Positions 25,131 through 37,314 of a DNA stretch of 64,000 nucleotides are shown here, in pieces. Both the position numbers and the translations under genes were made by a program. How positions within the stretch are numbered: position 1 is the first letter of the stretch; each line of letters opens with the position of its first letter. The DNA is from Azolla caroliniana (lineage: Eukaryota > Plantae > Polypodiophyta). The notes below the pieces were generated by a model that was not told where the DNA came from, did no database searches, and was given only the letters and a program-made list of their open reading frames with translations. Location: NCBI GenBank assembly GCA_043228905.1, contig JBHGNT010000004.1, positions 6,634,001 through 6,698,000 on the forward strand, in the 5' to 3' direction.

Positions 25131-26400
25131 ATGGGACTGGTCTTCATTCTCCTCTTCATCCCTCGTACTTCTCCTGAACTTGCCGTCGCTCTCCTTGCTG
25201 CGTTCCTGCCTCAATCTTCCATCTCTTTCGGTCTTACGTTGACCCATCGGCCGCTCTGTGACCGGTTGTTGTGCAGGCAGCTCTGTGACCAGTTCTGTCC
25301 GAACCGGTTCCGATTCCATCCTTGGTGTGGGTTGCTCAGGGCGGGGTACATGCGTTCCATCCTTCTTTGGGTCCGAACGCTCCTCGGCATGTTCAGAGGT
25401 GCTTGCCTTCTGGCGCCGCTGGAGGTGCTCTAACGGTTCCTCCTCTGCTTCCTCCTCCTGAGTCTCGATGTTGATTTTCGTTGCCAAGGGGTCCAGTGCT
25501 TGTTGAACCGGTCGGCTAAGCGTGATCTTGATTGGCCGTACTAGTGGCTCCTCCTACGTTTCCGCCTGCCGTTTCCTACTGGCGCTCCTTTGCCGCCTGG
25601 TCCATGTCGGCCGCCTTCCCTTTAGTTGTCTTAGAAGCCAGCAGTAGTTGCCATTTCGAGGCCGTTTTCGGGGTGCCTTCGATTGTTCTTCCCCTCTTTG
25701 TGGTCTTGATGGGCTCGATAGGTGGCGCCAATAGGGTGAGCCATTGCGCCACCGCCGTCCATATCTTCCGACCCTCCTTTCCTCTGACAGAGTCGATGGC
25801 CGCCCAGAGGCCATCCGCAATCAGTACCGCCCAGTCCACCTTCACGTCTTCATAGGTGGCTATGAGAAAGCCGGCCCGGTTCTGGGGCATGCACGGGGGT
25901 CGAGGGTATACGTGTCCAAATTCATGGAGCACCCGAGCAATCTCTCGAAAGAGAGGATCTTCGACGCCCTATGTCCAGTAGGCCTTGCTTGCCAAAGAGT
26001 ATTCCCCAAAATATTTTCGGAGTTGTTCCGGGGTAGGGTTGTCGATATTGAAGATTCCCCCTTCTGGAAGGCCAATCAACGCATGGATGGCCTCCTCAGT
26101 AATCAGCTCCATGTCGATTTCTTTGACTATCTTCTCCGCTTCTTGGTGCGGTGGCGCCTCCATGATGGTGAGGAAACCCTCATCTGCCGTGTTGCCTTAG
26201 CCACTTCTTGGCTACTTCAGGGCAGTCCATGGCTTCGTCGAGGTCGGTGCGAGCTAGTGAGGGTTGTTTGTGAGGATTCTCTGTGTGTGTGGGCTCGTGT
26301 CTGCTGATCTTCAATCGCCTGTCTACGTTTGTGCTCCTCTGTTCGCGAAATGTGAGGGTTTCTATGTGGCGGGGGTCTTCTTGTTGCATGTTGGCGCCTG
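25086..26400 (-). pseudogene. extra ORF downstream of integrase in element D, function unknown
   Basis: Consecutive minus-strand ORFs 26455-26180, 26163-25969, 25932-25576 and 25487-25086 read as one broken protein (ITEEAIHALIGLPEGG...VKVDWAVLIADGL) on the same strand as pol. Confidence 0.6.
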
Positions 26401-26636
26401 TTTTTTTTTTTCTTACCCACACATGTGTACGTCGTATACTAAAATAGAATGTCATGCCATGTGGCGGTGGTTTAATACCCTATTAATAGCCCACTACGTA
26501 CATTTTCAAAGTGCCTGTTCACTCCTTGTTTTTGCATGTGTCCGTTCACCCCTCGCCTTTGCATGATTTGATTTGATTTGATTTGATTTCTTTTTCTTTT
26601 TCTTTTTTTTTCTTTTTCTTTTTGTAAATGGTTTTG

Positions 26637-28061
26637 CTAATTAGCAACCGGTCCCACTGGACCCCTATCCGGATTGTGATCCTTGCCAGCCGTTGGTCCG
26701 TTTGTCGTCGCTTCCGACTTACCGGTGTCCAGTTCTGTGTCGCCCTTCACTTGTTCAAATGGGTTTCTTGGCATCGGTCCATTGACCCATTTACCCAGAA
26801 CCTCGCCGACGAGTGTCCCTAATCGGTAGGAACCGTTGAATTCCTGCATAATCCAGTATGGTCCGGTCCACCGAAACTGTAATTTTCCTAGAATCTTACC
26901 CATACGGGTCTGGAACACGAGTACCGGCTTACAGATTCCGAACATCTTTTCGTTCCCTTTTCGGTGATGATCCACGAACGCTTTCCTTCGCCGCTGCTCT
27001 AGTTCTAGCTGCATGATGCTGGCTAGCCGGTGTTCCTCCAATTCCTCCAACCGGATAGCCTCTGATTCCTTCTCATTTAGGCGTTCCCGAATCTGTATTC
27101 GTAAACTCGGTACCTGGAATTCTACCAACATTACTGCTTCCAATCCGAATGCTAGACAGAACGGTGTTGTGCGGATACTTGTCTTATATGCCGTTTGGTA
27201 AGCCAAGAGTGCACTGTGCAGCTTTGTATCCGAATCCGTCCGGTTCTCATTAACGATTTTCCGCAGGATATTCTGTAGTATTTTATTTGTTGACTCTGCT
27301 AATCCATTGGCTTGCGGATAATAGGGAGTGCTCCATTTGTGCACCACCGCATAAAATGTCGTCAAACTTTCCACTAAATTTCCATGGATGCCGCGGTGTT
27401 GTCGCGTAGTGCTTTGGCTTCCACCCATTTCGTACAGTAATCCATAGCGACGATCACGTACCGGTTGCCAGTTCTCATTGTTGGTGGTTTGAACGGACCG
27501 ACAAAATCTAGCCCCCATTTCTGAAATGGTTCTAATGGTAGCACGGGCTGGTGAGGCATTCTGGCTTGTTCGGTTGGTTGGCCCATTTGTTGACATAAGT
27601 CGCATTCTTTAGCGTATAGGACTGCATCCTTCAATGTTGTTGGCCACCATAGTCCACTCTGCCATATTTTCCTTGCCGTAGCGTCTTCGGCATAATGTCC
27701 TTCAACCACGCCGCAGTGTGCTTCGTGCAATATTATTTCCTTTTCGTCGGTGCACACTGCACGCCGCCATATGCCATCTGCGTCTTTGTGGTATAGGGTG
27801 TCCTGTAATAGACAGAAGTGCCGGCTGTGAGCTACTACGCGTTTCCTCTCGTCTCTTTTCATCTCCTCCGGAGGTAAGCGGTGCTCAGAAATTGGTGCAT
27901 GCTGGTAAGCCACTTGTCTTCCGCTGCGACTGTACTATCCGATGCCGTTTCTGCTGTGACTCTAAACAACTCTCCATCCGAAAAGTCGTCTGGGACTCCG
28001 TCACCGGTTTCGCCGGAATCTAACTGGCTTAAATAGTCTGCTACCGCATGTTGTATGCCGG
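26637..28061 (-). pseudogene. pol: integrase of Ty3 non-chromovirus element D (Athila/Tat-like)
   Basis: [48 protein letters not shown]. Confidence 0.9.
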
Positions 28062-29700
28062 TGTCACGAAGAATTTCGGCCAGAGGCGAAAACCGGGAAA
28101 TATTGGCTACATCGGTGGGGTGCAGCATGTGCGCTCACCCTTGTACATTTAGTGTGAATAACGAGGGCGCCTTTATGGCGCCGAAGAGTAATCAAGTCAG
28201 GACAAGAATCCCATGTAATAAGGGATTTATCCCACAATGCTACGGATCCCTCTCCTTGTTCTATAAAAGGAAGGGAGCGCCCTTGGTGAAGGGGTTGCCC
28301 TTTTTTTTTGGTAGTAGGGTATACCATTAGAGGAAGAAATGTTCTCTCTTCCTCTCTTTTTTCTCTGGTTTTAGGGTTTCTTCTTGTTCTCCTCCGCTTC
28401 TTCTTCGTCGTTCTGTGTGTCGAGCCTTGGCATCTAGTGTTTCTGTTTCCTGCCATGTTCTCTGTGCAAGACCCCGCTCAGCGCGACAAGCCCAAGAGCT
28501 CCCCGACCAACGGCTTGGCAGTAGACAACAGTTGTATCCTATGCTACCTAGTTCTGGCTCGAAGTCAGTGTTGAATCGCATTGTCTTGTAAATACATATA
28601 CATTTGGTTGTGCATATTCGTGTCTCTGTTGGTGTGTGTGTGTGTGTGTGTGTGTGTCTTAGTATTTCTTTCTTGCTTATGTACATAAGGGCGTGAGTTG
28701 GGTCGATGTTGTGTGCGTGTGTGAGAGTCAATGTTGCGTGCTTGTTCTCTCTCTCTCTCTCTCTCTCTCTCCCTTCGGTTGTTTCCGGTGTGCTTCTGGG
28801 ATGCCCCGGAAATGGTGATCCTACGCTCCGTCACTCCCTAATCCAAGACCCCCATGGTCCCGCCTGGAATTCTACACATACCCGCGAAACTTCGCGACAT
28901 CTTTGTGAACCTGACGTGAAAGGCGGCAAGGGAGGATGGAGTCGGAAGATGATGACCTCGCGTGGATGGTGGCTGAAGTGGTGTTGGAGTCTGCACGAGT
29001 GATGATGAGGCGAGAAGCAGCGCAATAATCTATTGAGTGAGTGGTCGAAAGAGTCAGCCGTTTCAATGGGGAAAAGCTCCCATTTTAATTGGAAGCCTAC
29101 AACGCGGAAATGGAAGTGCGTGGCGTAGACGAGGCGTTGAGGTTGGAGTTCTTCTGTTGGGTCGTAGCTGTTTGGATGCATGCGGAAGTAAAGGAGCTCC
29201 GTGAGGCTCATAGTTCGTGGGAGGCCTTTGAAGAGATGCTCCTGAAGGTATACGGAGGGCAGCCGAAAGGCCGGGGAAGGCGTGACTTCAACCAATGGAT
29301 ATCGTCAGCAAAGACCCACCGGGGAACGATGAAGGCGTTCAAGGAGTTCGAGTGACGCTTCACTCGACTCCCAGAGCGGGAACAAAGATCGGTGGGGGTG
29401 GACAAGGTCCTGTTGTTCGTTAGGTAGATCGACCGAGTGGAACGGGAGGCCATTGGAATTGAGCTCGAGGATGACGACAGAACAAATGGCCTTACCGAGG
29501 ACTGGTTGGAAGTCGAACGAGTGTGCCTGAGAGCTCCCCGACCGGCGGCTTGGCAGTAGACAACAGTTGTATCCTATGCTACCTAGGTCCGGCTCGAAGT
29601 CGGTGTTGAATCTCGTTGTCTTGTAAATACATATACATTTGGTTGTGCATATTCATGTCTCTGTTGGTGTGTGTGTGTGTGTCTTAGTGTTTCTTTCTTG
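28062..29700 (+). mobile_element. B-family element C: 5' LTR 28062-28899, Trp PBS, gag stub, partial second LTR
   Basis: LTR is the reverse complement of the B-type LTR (TGTCACGAAGAATTTCGG...CGCGACA); left flank CCGG; PBS-like TGTGAACCTGACGTGA near 28904; EAYNAEMEVRGVDEALRLEFF; 29531-29700 repeats 28495-28677. Confidence 0.85.
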
Positions 29701-30850
29701 CACCACCGGCGCTTGATCTACGGAACTCTTTGGACCAATCTGGAGGTTGCACCACCGGCGCTTGTGACAACAGTACTTTTAGTGCCCGGTAAGCCTGGTC
29801 TTCTGTGTCCGTCCATCGGAACGGTGTCCGATGTACTGCGGCATGCAATGGTGTAGCCAGGTCTGCCAGATACCGGAGCATTCTGCTATGCCACCGAATT
29901 TGACCTAAGAACCGGCTTAGTTTCGTTGTCGTGGCTAGTGCCGGTGCCTCCAGGATTGCTTTACTTTGTCCGGATCCACTGCGATACCGTCCTTGCTTAC
30001 TATGTGACCCAGTAACGCTCCGCTGGTTACTCCGAACACGCATTTTGTCGGGTTCAGGCTTAGTCGGTAACCCCTACATTTCTCCAGACATAGTCGGAGG
30101 TGCTGAAGGTGATCCCCTTCCTGGCTATAAACAGCAAAGTCGTCCAAGAACACCTGCATGAATGCCGGAATGAATTCTCCGAAGATCTCCATGATGATCC
30201 GCTAGAAGGTTGTCGGCGCCGTTTTCAGTCCGAACATCATCACTACGGCAACAAAGACTCCCCATTCGGTGACAAAAGCGGTTTTCTCCTGGTCGGCGGG
30301 GTGCATCCAGATCTGATTATAGCCGTTGAAACCGTCCAAAAAACTGTACACCTTATGACCGGCGACCGCATCCAGGACTCCATCCGTGAATGGAAGTGGG
30401 AAGGCGTCCGTTACCATAGCCACATTCAATTTCTGGTAGTCGACGCACACTCTGATCTTACCGTTCTTTTTGGGTACTACCACTATCGGGCTGAGCCATG
30501 TAGCTTTCTTTACCGGTCGGATGAAGCCCACTCTTAGCAACTTGTCGATTTCTGCATATAGCGGCGTTGACTCCTTGCCGGTACCGGGTCATGATTGAGT
30601 CGGTACTCGTACTTTCGCTTTTCCACGCCGGAATGTAATTATATTCTTCCTCCAGTTTTGCTTTATGTGTGTTGCTTTTAACCAAGGGCGTCCCAACAAT
30701 AGTGGGTAAGCTCCCTGATCCTGTAGCTGGAGAACTACTGCGGAAATGCGAAATGTGTGACCCCCAATGGTCACTTCCAGATCACGTATTAATCCGGTCA
30801 TCGTATTGAGCTTGTGTCCACCATCCGAAGCCAAAACAGGCACGGTTCCT
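29701..30850 (-). pseudogene. pol: protease C-terminus, RT and connection region of element D
   Basis: YPLLLGRPWL; WLSPIVVVPKKNGKIRVCVDY; FLDGFNGYNQI; FLDDFAVY; LSRFLGQI. Confidence 0.9.
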
Positions 30851-33035
30851 AGTTAGGGATTCCTAGAGTGTTACACGTTCGGAGGCTGATCACGTTCACG
30901 CCGGATCCTCCATCGATAATCGTACCCGGTAGCTCCTCTCCCTTCACGATGGCTGTGATTGCAGGACTGCTTGTGTCCACCACTGCCGGTCCTTCCGCCG
31001 GATTTGAAAAGAATGCCGGAGCCGGTGGTGTGTCAACTGCTGTCCTTCCGGTCTTCAGTCCTTCCGTGAAGCGTAGTACCAGTTGCAATAGCCGGCCTAA
31101 CGGCAGCGTTATTTGGCATTCTTGTAACGCCTGTTGAGTTGGGTTTTCAGGCTGCCCTGGGCTAGTGAGCTCTCCGGCATTCTCTTTTTGTTGTTCGAGC
31201 TCTGCCGCATTCTGCTCATTTGCCTTCTTCACCCATTTGGTTGCCTGCTTCCGGATGGCTTCTTGAATTTCCCACTCCGTGGCTTTGCCTTTTGATCTGG
31301 TCATGACTTGTTGTATGTCCGTGACTTCCGCGTCTACCATGTTCACCGTTGGTCGCTTGTCATAGCTCTTCGCCGAACATTGATTACTATAGTGGCCTTC
31401 TTGCCGGTAGTAATAGCAGTACGGCTTCCGTGCATTGCTGGATTTGGCGTATGTGCTTGGTGGAGGACCGGGGGTAAGTGCTTGGTTTTGGTCTGGTTGG
31501 CTGTTGGGAGCGCCCTTTTCCAGTTCTCGTGGATGACCCCCCTTTTTGTTGAAATGACGTTTCTTACTGAAATTCTTTTTGTTGCGGTAACCTTGACGGT
31601 GTTGGTCTTCATACTTGCCATAGTCGTCCCTTCGGTGGTTGTAACCAGGGGAGTGATCCCGGTTGTATCTCTCGTACCATCCATTATAGTCCTGGTATCT
31701 ATCCTGTCTGTCATACCAGTCATAAGCGTCTCTTCGATCGCTATACCGGACATCTTGTCCCGGTCGGTAGTGCTCCTCTCGCCGCCAGTGTTCTTCTTCT
31801 TCCTCCTGGTTGCTCCGTGGTTCAATTTGCCGGACCAGTGGTGCTTGCCGATTTAACAAGTTATACTCACACCGTTCCATTGTGTGACTTCTGGAGTGGT
31901 AGAGCAAGCGTTGGGAACACATGGTGCATTCCAGCGCTGAATGTCCGGCATTCAGGCATGTCGTACATTGAACTGCTTGCCGGAAACAGAGCTCCTCTTC
32001 CGTTGGTAGTGCCCGCTGAAGTGCGCCCATGGTTAGCCATGAACTTGAGGTTTCCATTTCCCGTACTCGGTCGATCACTTGATCTATGCTGTTGGTGCAG
32101 AAATTAATAACAGTGCACACCGTACGTAAGGGTTCCCGGAGGGCTGCTAAGAATATGGCCTTTGTTTCTTCCTCCGGTGGTGTCCGGCTGAGTTGACTGT
32201 GTATGCGCTGGAACCGGATGACGAACTGCTGAATGTTTTCCGTTGGTTCCTGCCGGATACTATAAAATAAGCCTACCATTTCCCGTTGGTCCATCTCCTT
32301 ATAAAAGAAATGCAAATTTTTTGTCTTTAATGTTTCAAACGTGGGGATGGTGCTGGGATCTTGTGTTCGGTGCCATTTGGCGGCCGATCCCTCCAAGGTT
32401 ATTCCGAACTCTGCCCTTGTTGAGCGTTCCTCTTCGGCCGCGTTTAAGCGTTGAGACACATGGTTCGCTTCCCAGGTCTGCTGAAACACATGGACGTGGG
32501 CTTCTGCATCCGGATCATCCCGGTATCTGGGATATTGGAATGGCATATCGTCGTCTGGTGTCGGTACACGGGCCGGTGGTGTCAGTGGTCGTTCCTCCTC
32601 TTTTGGTGTCGGAGGTTTTTCCCGGTCCTCTGTCGCCGTCGGAGATCTTTCCTGCTCCTTTGGTGTCGGAGGCTTCTCCTCCTGGACTTCTGGTGTCAGA
32701 GGTCTCTCGTCCTCGACTTCTGGTTTCGGAGTATGCTCAACTTCCGGTATCGGAGTTTCCAGCCTTGTCAATTTTGGTTCCGGTGTCGGCAAGGTATCTG
32801 ACTCCTTGTCCTCTGGTCCGCCTGGGGTGTCATTATTGCTGCGGTAGTTCGTCTGCGCGTTGTATTCCCCGTCCGAACCCGATTCAAATGTCGAAAATGC
32901 TTCGGATTCACCTTCCCCCGCTGCCAATGCCTGTAGAAGGGATTCCGCTTCCCGAAGGATGCTTAGGCTGCTTCCTTCGTCCGGGTAGGCGTTTTGTGGT
33001 AACCGAAGTGACTCCTTGGCCACTCTCCGGATCAC
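30849..33035 (-). CDS. gag: Gag-protease polyprotein of element D (728 aa open frame, Pro/Glu repeats, knuckles, IIDGGSGVN protease site)
   Basis: ORF track; capsid-like IRQEPTENIQQFVIRF, CTTCLNAGHSALEC, CYYYRQEGHYSNQC; EEERPLTP-type repeats. Confidence 0.85.
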   Translation of the reverse strand: MIRRVAKESLRLPQNAYPDEGSSLSILREAESLLQALAAGEGESEAFSTFESGSDGEYNAQTNYRSNNDTPGGPEDKESDTLPTPEPKLTRLETPIPEVEHTPKPEVEDERPLTPEVQEEKPPTPKEQERSPTATEDREKPPTPKEEERPLTPPARVPTPDDDMPFQYPRYRDDPDAEAHVHVFQQTWEANHVSQRLNAAEEERSTRAEFGITLEGSAAKWHRTQDPSTIPTFETLKTKNLHFFYKEMDQREMVGLFYSIRQEPTENIQQFVIRFQRIHSQLSRTPPEEETKAIFLAALREPLRTVCTVINFCTNSIDQVIDRVREMETSSSWLTMGALQRALPTEEELCFRQAVQCTTCLNAGHSALECTMCSQRLLYHSRSHTMERCEYNLLNRQAPLVRQIEPRSNQEEEEEHWRREEHYRPGQDVRYSDRRDAYDWYDRQDRYQDYNGWYERYNRDHSPGYNHRRDDYGKYEDQHRQGYRNKKNFSKKRHFNKKGGHPRELEKGAPNSQPDQNQALTPGPPPSTYAKSSNARKPYCYYYRQEGHYSNQCSAKSYDKRPTVNMVDAEVTDIQQVMTRSKGKATEWEIQEAIRKQATKWVKKANEQNAAELEQQKENAGELTSPGQPENPTQQALQECQITLPLGRLLQLVLRFTEGLKTGRTAVDTPPAPAFFSNPAEGPAVVDTSSPAITAIVKGEELPGTIIDGGSGVNVISLRTCNTLGIPN

Positions 33036-33194
33036 CTTGGAAAATGAGCAATACGCTCTGATTTCTTCTGCCGCTTGCTGGAAAGCCTCTCGCTTCCTCA
33101 GCCGTTCAGGAAGTCTCCTTGCTCGCTGCGTAACCGGGTCATTCGTTGGTCACGTCATCCATGCCCGCCGATGTTCGTTGCGATTGTGCAATAA

Positions 33195-33664
33195 TCGTGG
33201 TCGCCAAAAACTGTGTTAATCCTTAGGGCCGGACAATGGCCTAACACAGGGTGTCTCCGGAAGACACTTCACCAAAGGGGTGTTACGGTGAGATAACTTA
33301 AGACACTACGATTAATTCGACTTAATTGGCTACTTAGCAATAAGGCATACACTTAATACACGCGTAAGATATAACAATTAATACAGAACGATAATCAATA
33401 CATGAAGATAAAACAAGAAGCTTATATTAATTCTCCATTCGTTATACATTGTAACCGGGCCTTTATATAGGTCACCAGTGCTGCTTACAAAAACGGTGCC
33501 AACCGGCACCTGTTCAGAACCGGTCCGGATCCAGATCGGCATACCGATTCTTGTCCGTCCATTCACTACATAATTATAATCTACTTTACTTCATTAAACT
33601 ATATTCCGAATAACCATCCCTTTCACATTCTGGTCTCTGCACCTTTGCCGGCCGGGTAACAACA
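33195..33664 (-). repeat. 5' LTR (33212-33664) and tRNA-Arg-like PBS of element D
   Basis: TG...CA segment with minus-strand TATA (CCTATATAAAGG) near 33460; PBS TGGCGACCACGA at 33195-33206, resembling the complement of a tRNA-Arg 3' end (from recall); element A pol resumes at 33665. Confidence 0.75.
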
Positions 33665-36623
33665 AGAAGGCCTTCGCATTGTCGTGGAAGAGATCGGGTG
33701 TGTGGACCCGACAATCGTTGAGCCGATGATTATTTTTACGGTACCGCATGTGCCGTGGAATCTCAAACTGATTCCAGTACCTAGATCTCACATCTCGAAG
33801 CTCATGGAGTTGTTGAAGCTGAAGGTGGAGATGGGCATCCTCGAACCATCGAATGCCCCATACTTGAATCGGTGGTTTACCGTGCCTAAGAAGAACGGCA
33901 CGTTGCGCTTCATTTAGGACCTACAACCGGTCTATAAAATGACCATTCGGAACGCAGGAGTCGAACCGACGATCGATGAGTTTGTAGAGGCCTTCGCCGG
34001 GAGGTCGATCTATTCGGTCGGGGGTCTATACCTGGGGTATGACCAGTTCCAACTAGCCGAGGAGAGCAGGGATGTCACGATGATGCGGATACCTCTCGGT
34101 TTAGTGCGGATGTGTACCCTGTCCCAGGGAGGGACAAACTCAGTAGCGCACATGGTGGACACTATGAACAAAGTGCTGAGAGACTGCATACCGGACATCA
34201 CCATGCCGTTTTTGGACGACATACTGATAAAAGGGTGTCTGGTGGAGGATAAGGATGAGTCGGTTGCACCGGATGGTTGCCGGAGGTTTGTTGCAGACCA
34301 CATCAAAGACTACGAAAAGGTGCTACAAAGGCTAGAGAGTGCGCGACTCACCTTCTCCAGAGAGAAGTCGGCTTTCGGGCAGTCAAAGATCCTTGTGATC
34401 GGTCACCTGTGCGGGCCTTACTGTCGGAAACCGTCTCCAGCAAAGGTAGAGGCCATCTCCGCGATGAAGGAAGAATGCAAGTCGGTTACAGAGGTGCGGA
34501 GGTTCCTGGGGGCATGCACGTTCTGTCACATTTGGATCCTGCACTATGCACACGTCGTAGTACCGCTCTACGGGTTGCTAAAGAGAGGGCAAAAATTCGA
34601 ATGGAGTGACGAACATACGGAATCGGTCCGGAGATTAAAAGAGGCGCTTACCGCAGCGCCGGCTCTTCGAAAAGCGTTCTACGGCAAGGGGGTCCCCGTC
34701 TACGTAACCGTAGACACAAGCCCGACCGTGATCGGATGGGTGATCAATCAGGAGGACGAGAGGTGTTATGTACACATAACGTTGGTGAGGGTAGGTCACT
34801 AATATTTACATTAGTGAAGGGTATGTTCACTATTATTAAAAAGGGGACTAATGATTGGATAGAATGAATGATATGTGCATGCACTATCATGATTTAGACA
34901 ACCAATGAATAGAGAGCCGTTTAGAAAGGCACATCTATTCAAGGGGCCTAGGAAAAGGTATAAATATGAGGCTTAGCTACCCTCATAGGGATCACGTCGG
35001 AAGGCTGCTGTCGTAGACACCGGTGGTGCGGGCTAGGCTTTCGTCTCGACGATCGTGTTTATCTCTTCCAAGGTATTAGTCATCCTAATATCCGGCGGTA
35101 TGGGACGTCGGTGGTAGGTTGGTTATGTCTAGATCATAGCTCGGGGGTGGTCGGGTGGAACGGGTTCTTCTATCCAATCTATTTTCTTCCTTTTTACTTG
35201 ATTTGGTCTATTGATTAGTAATAGACTCTTAACAAGAGGGGTGTGCGGTTCCCGATCTGGTTCAGGGCGAAGGTATTGAGCGAGTGACAACGAGGATACG
35301 CCCGCGCGAACTGTGGGGTATCGTTTCAACAATCAAGGCCGACAAGGACTATCTAATCGGGACGGAAGTAATAATTGAGATGGACTGCCTTTCAATTCTC
35401 GGTATGGTTTCCGGATGCGCGACTCTGGACTTGGCCATGCTTAGGTGTATCACATACATCAAGTCTCTAAATCCGAAGATACAACACATCTCCGGTAAGG
35501 ACAACACCATGGCCGATATGCTTTCAAGAGCACGGTTCGACGATGAAAACAACATGGTTTCGGAGAATGAAGAAGTTGGTGAGGACTTCTTCAAGACGGC
35601 TCGCATAGCGGCGAGGGCTGGGAGCACTCCGGTGCTTAACGAGTTCGATGAGAGCAAGTACAACGGGGAGTGGCTCCAGATCGGTGGGTTCCTGAAGAAG
35701 ATGGTGTCGGGGGCGGCGTGGACAAGGGAAGAGGCTAACTGGATCCAGAAGAAAGCGTACCAATTCTTCCTGTAGGACGGAAGCATTTGGAAGCACCCGA
35801 AGAAGCGAAACAGAGTCCTACTCCGGGTGGTGGCAAGGAAGGGTGCGTAGGGAAGATCGTAGTAGACCGTGGAGAATTGGATGCACAAGAGGCCGAGGAG
35901 TTGTTTAAATGGTTAGGGGTTAAACTCTCGCTCACTACGGCATACAACCCAGAGGCAAATGGGAAGGTGGAACGTGGACACAGGCCAATCGTAAAGGCAT
36001 TGGTACGGGCCTACGGAGGCCAAGTCGGGAATTGGCCGCGGCTCCTACCCTATGCATTGTGGGCAGACAAAACTATGCACATCTCGGTAACTGGGTTCAT
36101 GTCTGCGAAGCTGATGTACGGGCAGAAGCTGATCATGCCAATGGAGAGAACGATCTCCTCGTGGGCCGCGGTGGACTAGAGAGATGAGATGAGCTAGGAG
36201 GAGCTGTTAGCGGTGCGAATCCAACAGCTCGAGCAAAGACCGGAGGAGGTGGAAGAAGTAACGGCGAAGCTGCGTGCAGCAAGGACAAAGAACAAGGGGC
36301 GATTCGACCAGACTCACCGGCTACGACCAAGGAAAATCGAGGAAGGCGATTGGGTTCTGGTCTATGACAGCAGCCTCGACAACCAGCACAAGGCGATGCG
36401 GAAGTTTGCAAGGAGGTGGTTCGGGCCTTATGCGGTGACAAGCGCCAACGACAACATCCCCTACCACCTCGCGGAGCTCGACGAAACGAGAATAGCTGTG
36501 CCGGTGGCCGGGAAGAGGATCAAGGCGTTCAAGAAGCGGCACGAGGACGAACCGGACCTAGAGGGCATGGATGGCGAGGATGACCATTTCGGAGCGGGTG
36601 ACGAACCGGAGAGCGAAAGATAA
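33665..36623 (+). pseudogene. pol: pol of element A (RT, RNase H, partly deleted integrase)
   Basis: RWFTVPKKNG, QGGTNSVAH, PFLDDILIKG, VDTSPT, RELWG, YNPEANGKVER, WFGPY. Confidence 0.9.
34764..35234 (+). mobile_element. solo LTR with 5-bp TSD AGAGG
   Basis: TGTTATG...TCTTAACA, AGAGG at 34759-34763 and 35235-35239; splits RNase H; related to the LTR at 58061-58496. Confidence 0.9.
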
Positions 36624-37314
36624 TCGTGGGCCGGTCTTCTCCAGTAGAAGTCTATTCTAGCGCATACCGAAGGATGCACGGTTAGGTGGGGAAGAATGTC
36701 GTGGAGAAAATCGTCCCTAGGACGAATCGGTGGATGGTGTGCGTGAACTGGTCCTTACTCACGGGCACATGTTTTGATATATTTACATACATAGTTAAGT
36801 ACAAGCCGGCGATGTAATTATCCTAGGTAGCACTAATTCATTAAGTAGGGAATCGAAGAGGATCTCTATCCGAAAGGATAGAGAATAACAGTCTATAAAC
36901 GGCTCTCTCATGGTGCTATAAAAGGAGAGGAAAAGGGCCTGACTAGGGATCGCGCATTTTCAGAGGACGAAGTGTTGCCGGATTGGGAACCAAGCTCTCT
37001 CCTCCACCATCATTGTTGTTTCTGCAGGGATTTTGGGTTAGGTTAGTGGCCTCTACTGCGTGAAAGCCCATGTGCTTCCGGTAGAGGCTCCACTACATAT
37101 TTTAGTGCGTGTGTTCGTCTGTGTAGAGTCTGTCTCCGGCTTGCCGGTTGTAACATTGCAAGCTCTGTAATCTATATTGTTATTGGAATTGATTCTTTCG
37201 TTTCTGTCTCTCTGAGTTTCTGCGAATCTCTCTTCCTCTTCTCTCTCGCAGTCCTCGATTCAAGGCCCCCGCGGTCCCGTCGTATTTCATACGCGTGAGT
37301 GTAACAACACGACA

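Larger units (their letters stand above)
21071..37314 (+). mobile_element. Ty3/gypsy non-chromovirus element A (tRNA-Trp primed), carrying nested insertions
   Basis: LTRs 21071-21674 and 36697-37314 (TGTCGTG...CACGACA); PBS TGGTGAACCTGACGTGA 21682-21698; PPT AGGTGGGGAAGAA 36684-36696; flanks ACAT/ACGT (4-bp TSD with one CpG transition). Confidence 0.92.

Noticed and set aside
32243-33061. 272-aa plus-strand ORF with LLVSE repeats
   Set aside because: Antisense shadow of the repetitive gag region of element D.
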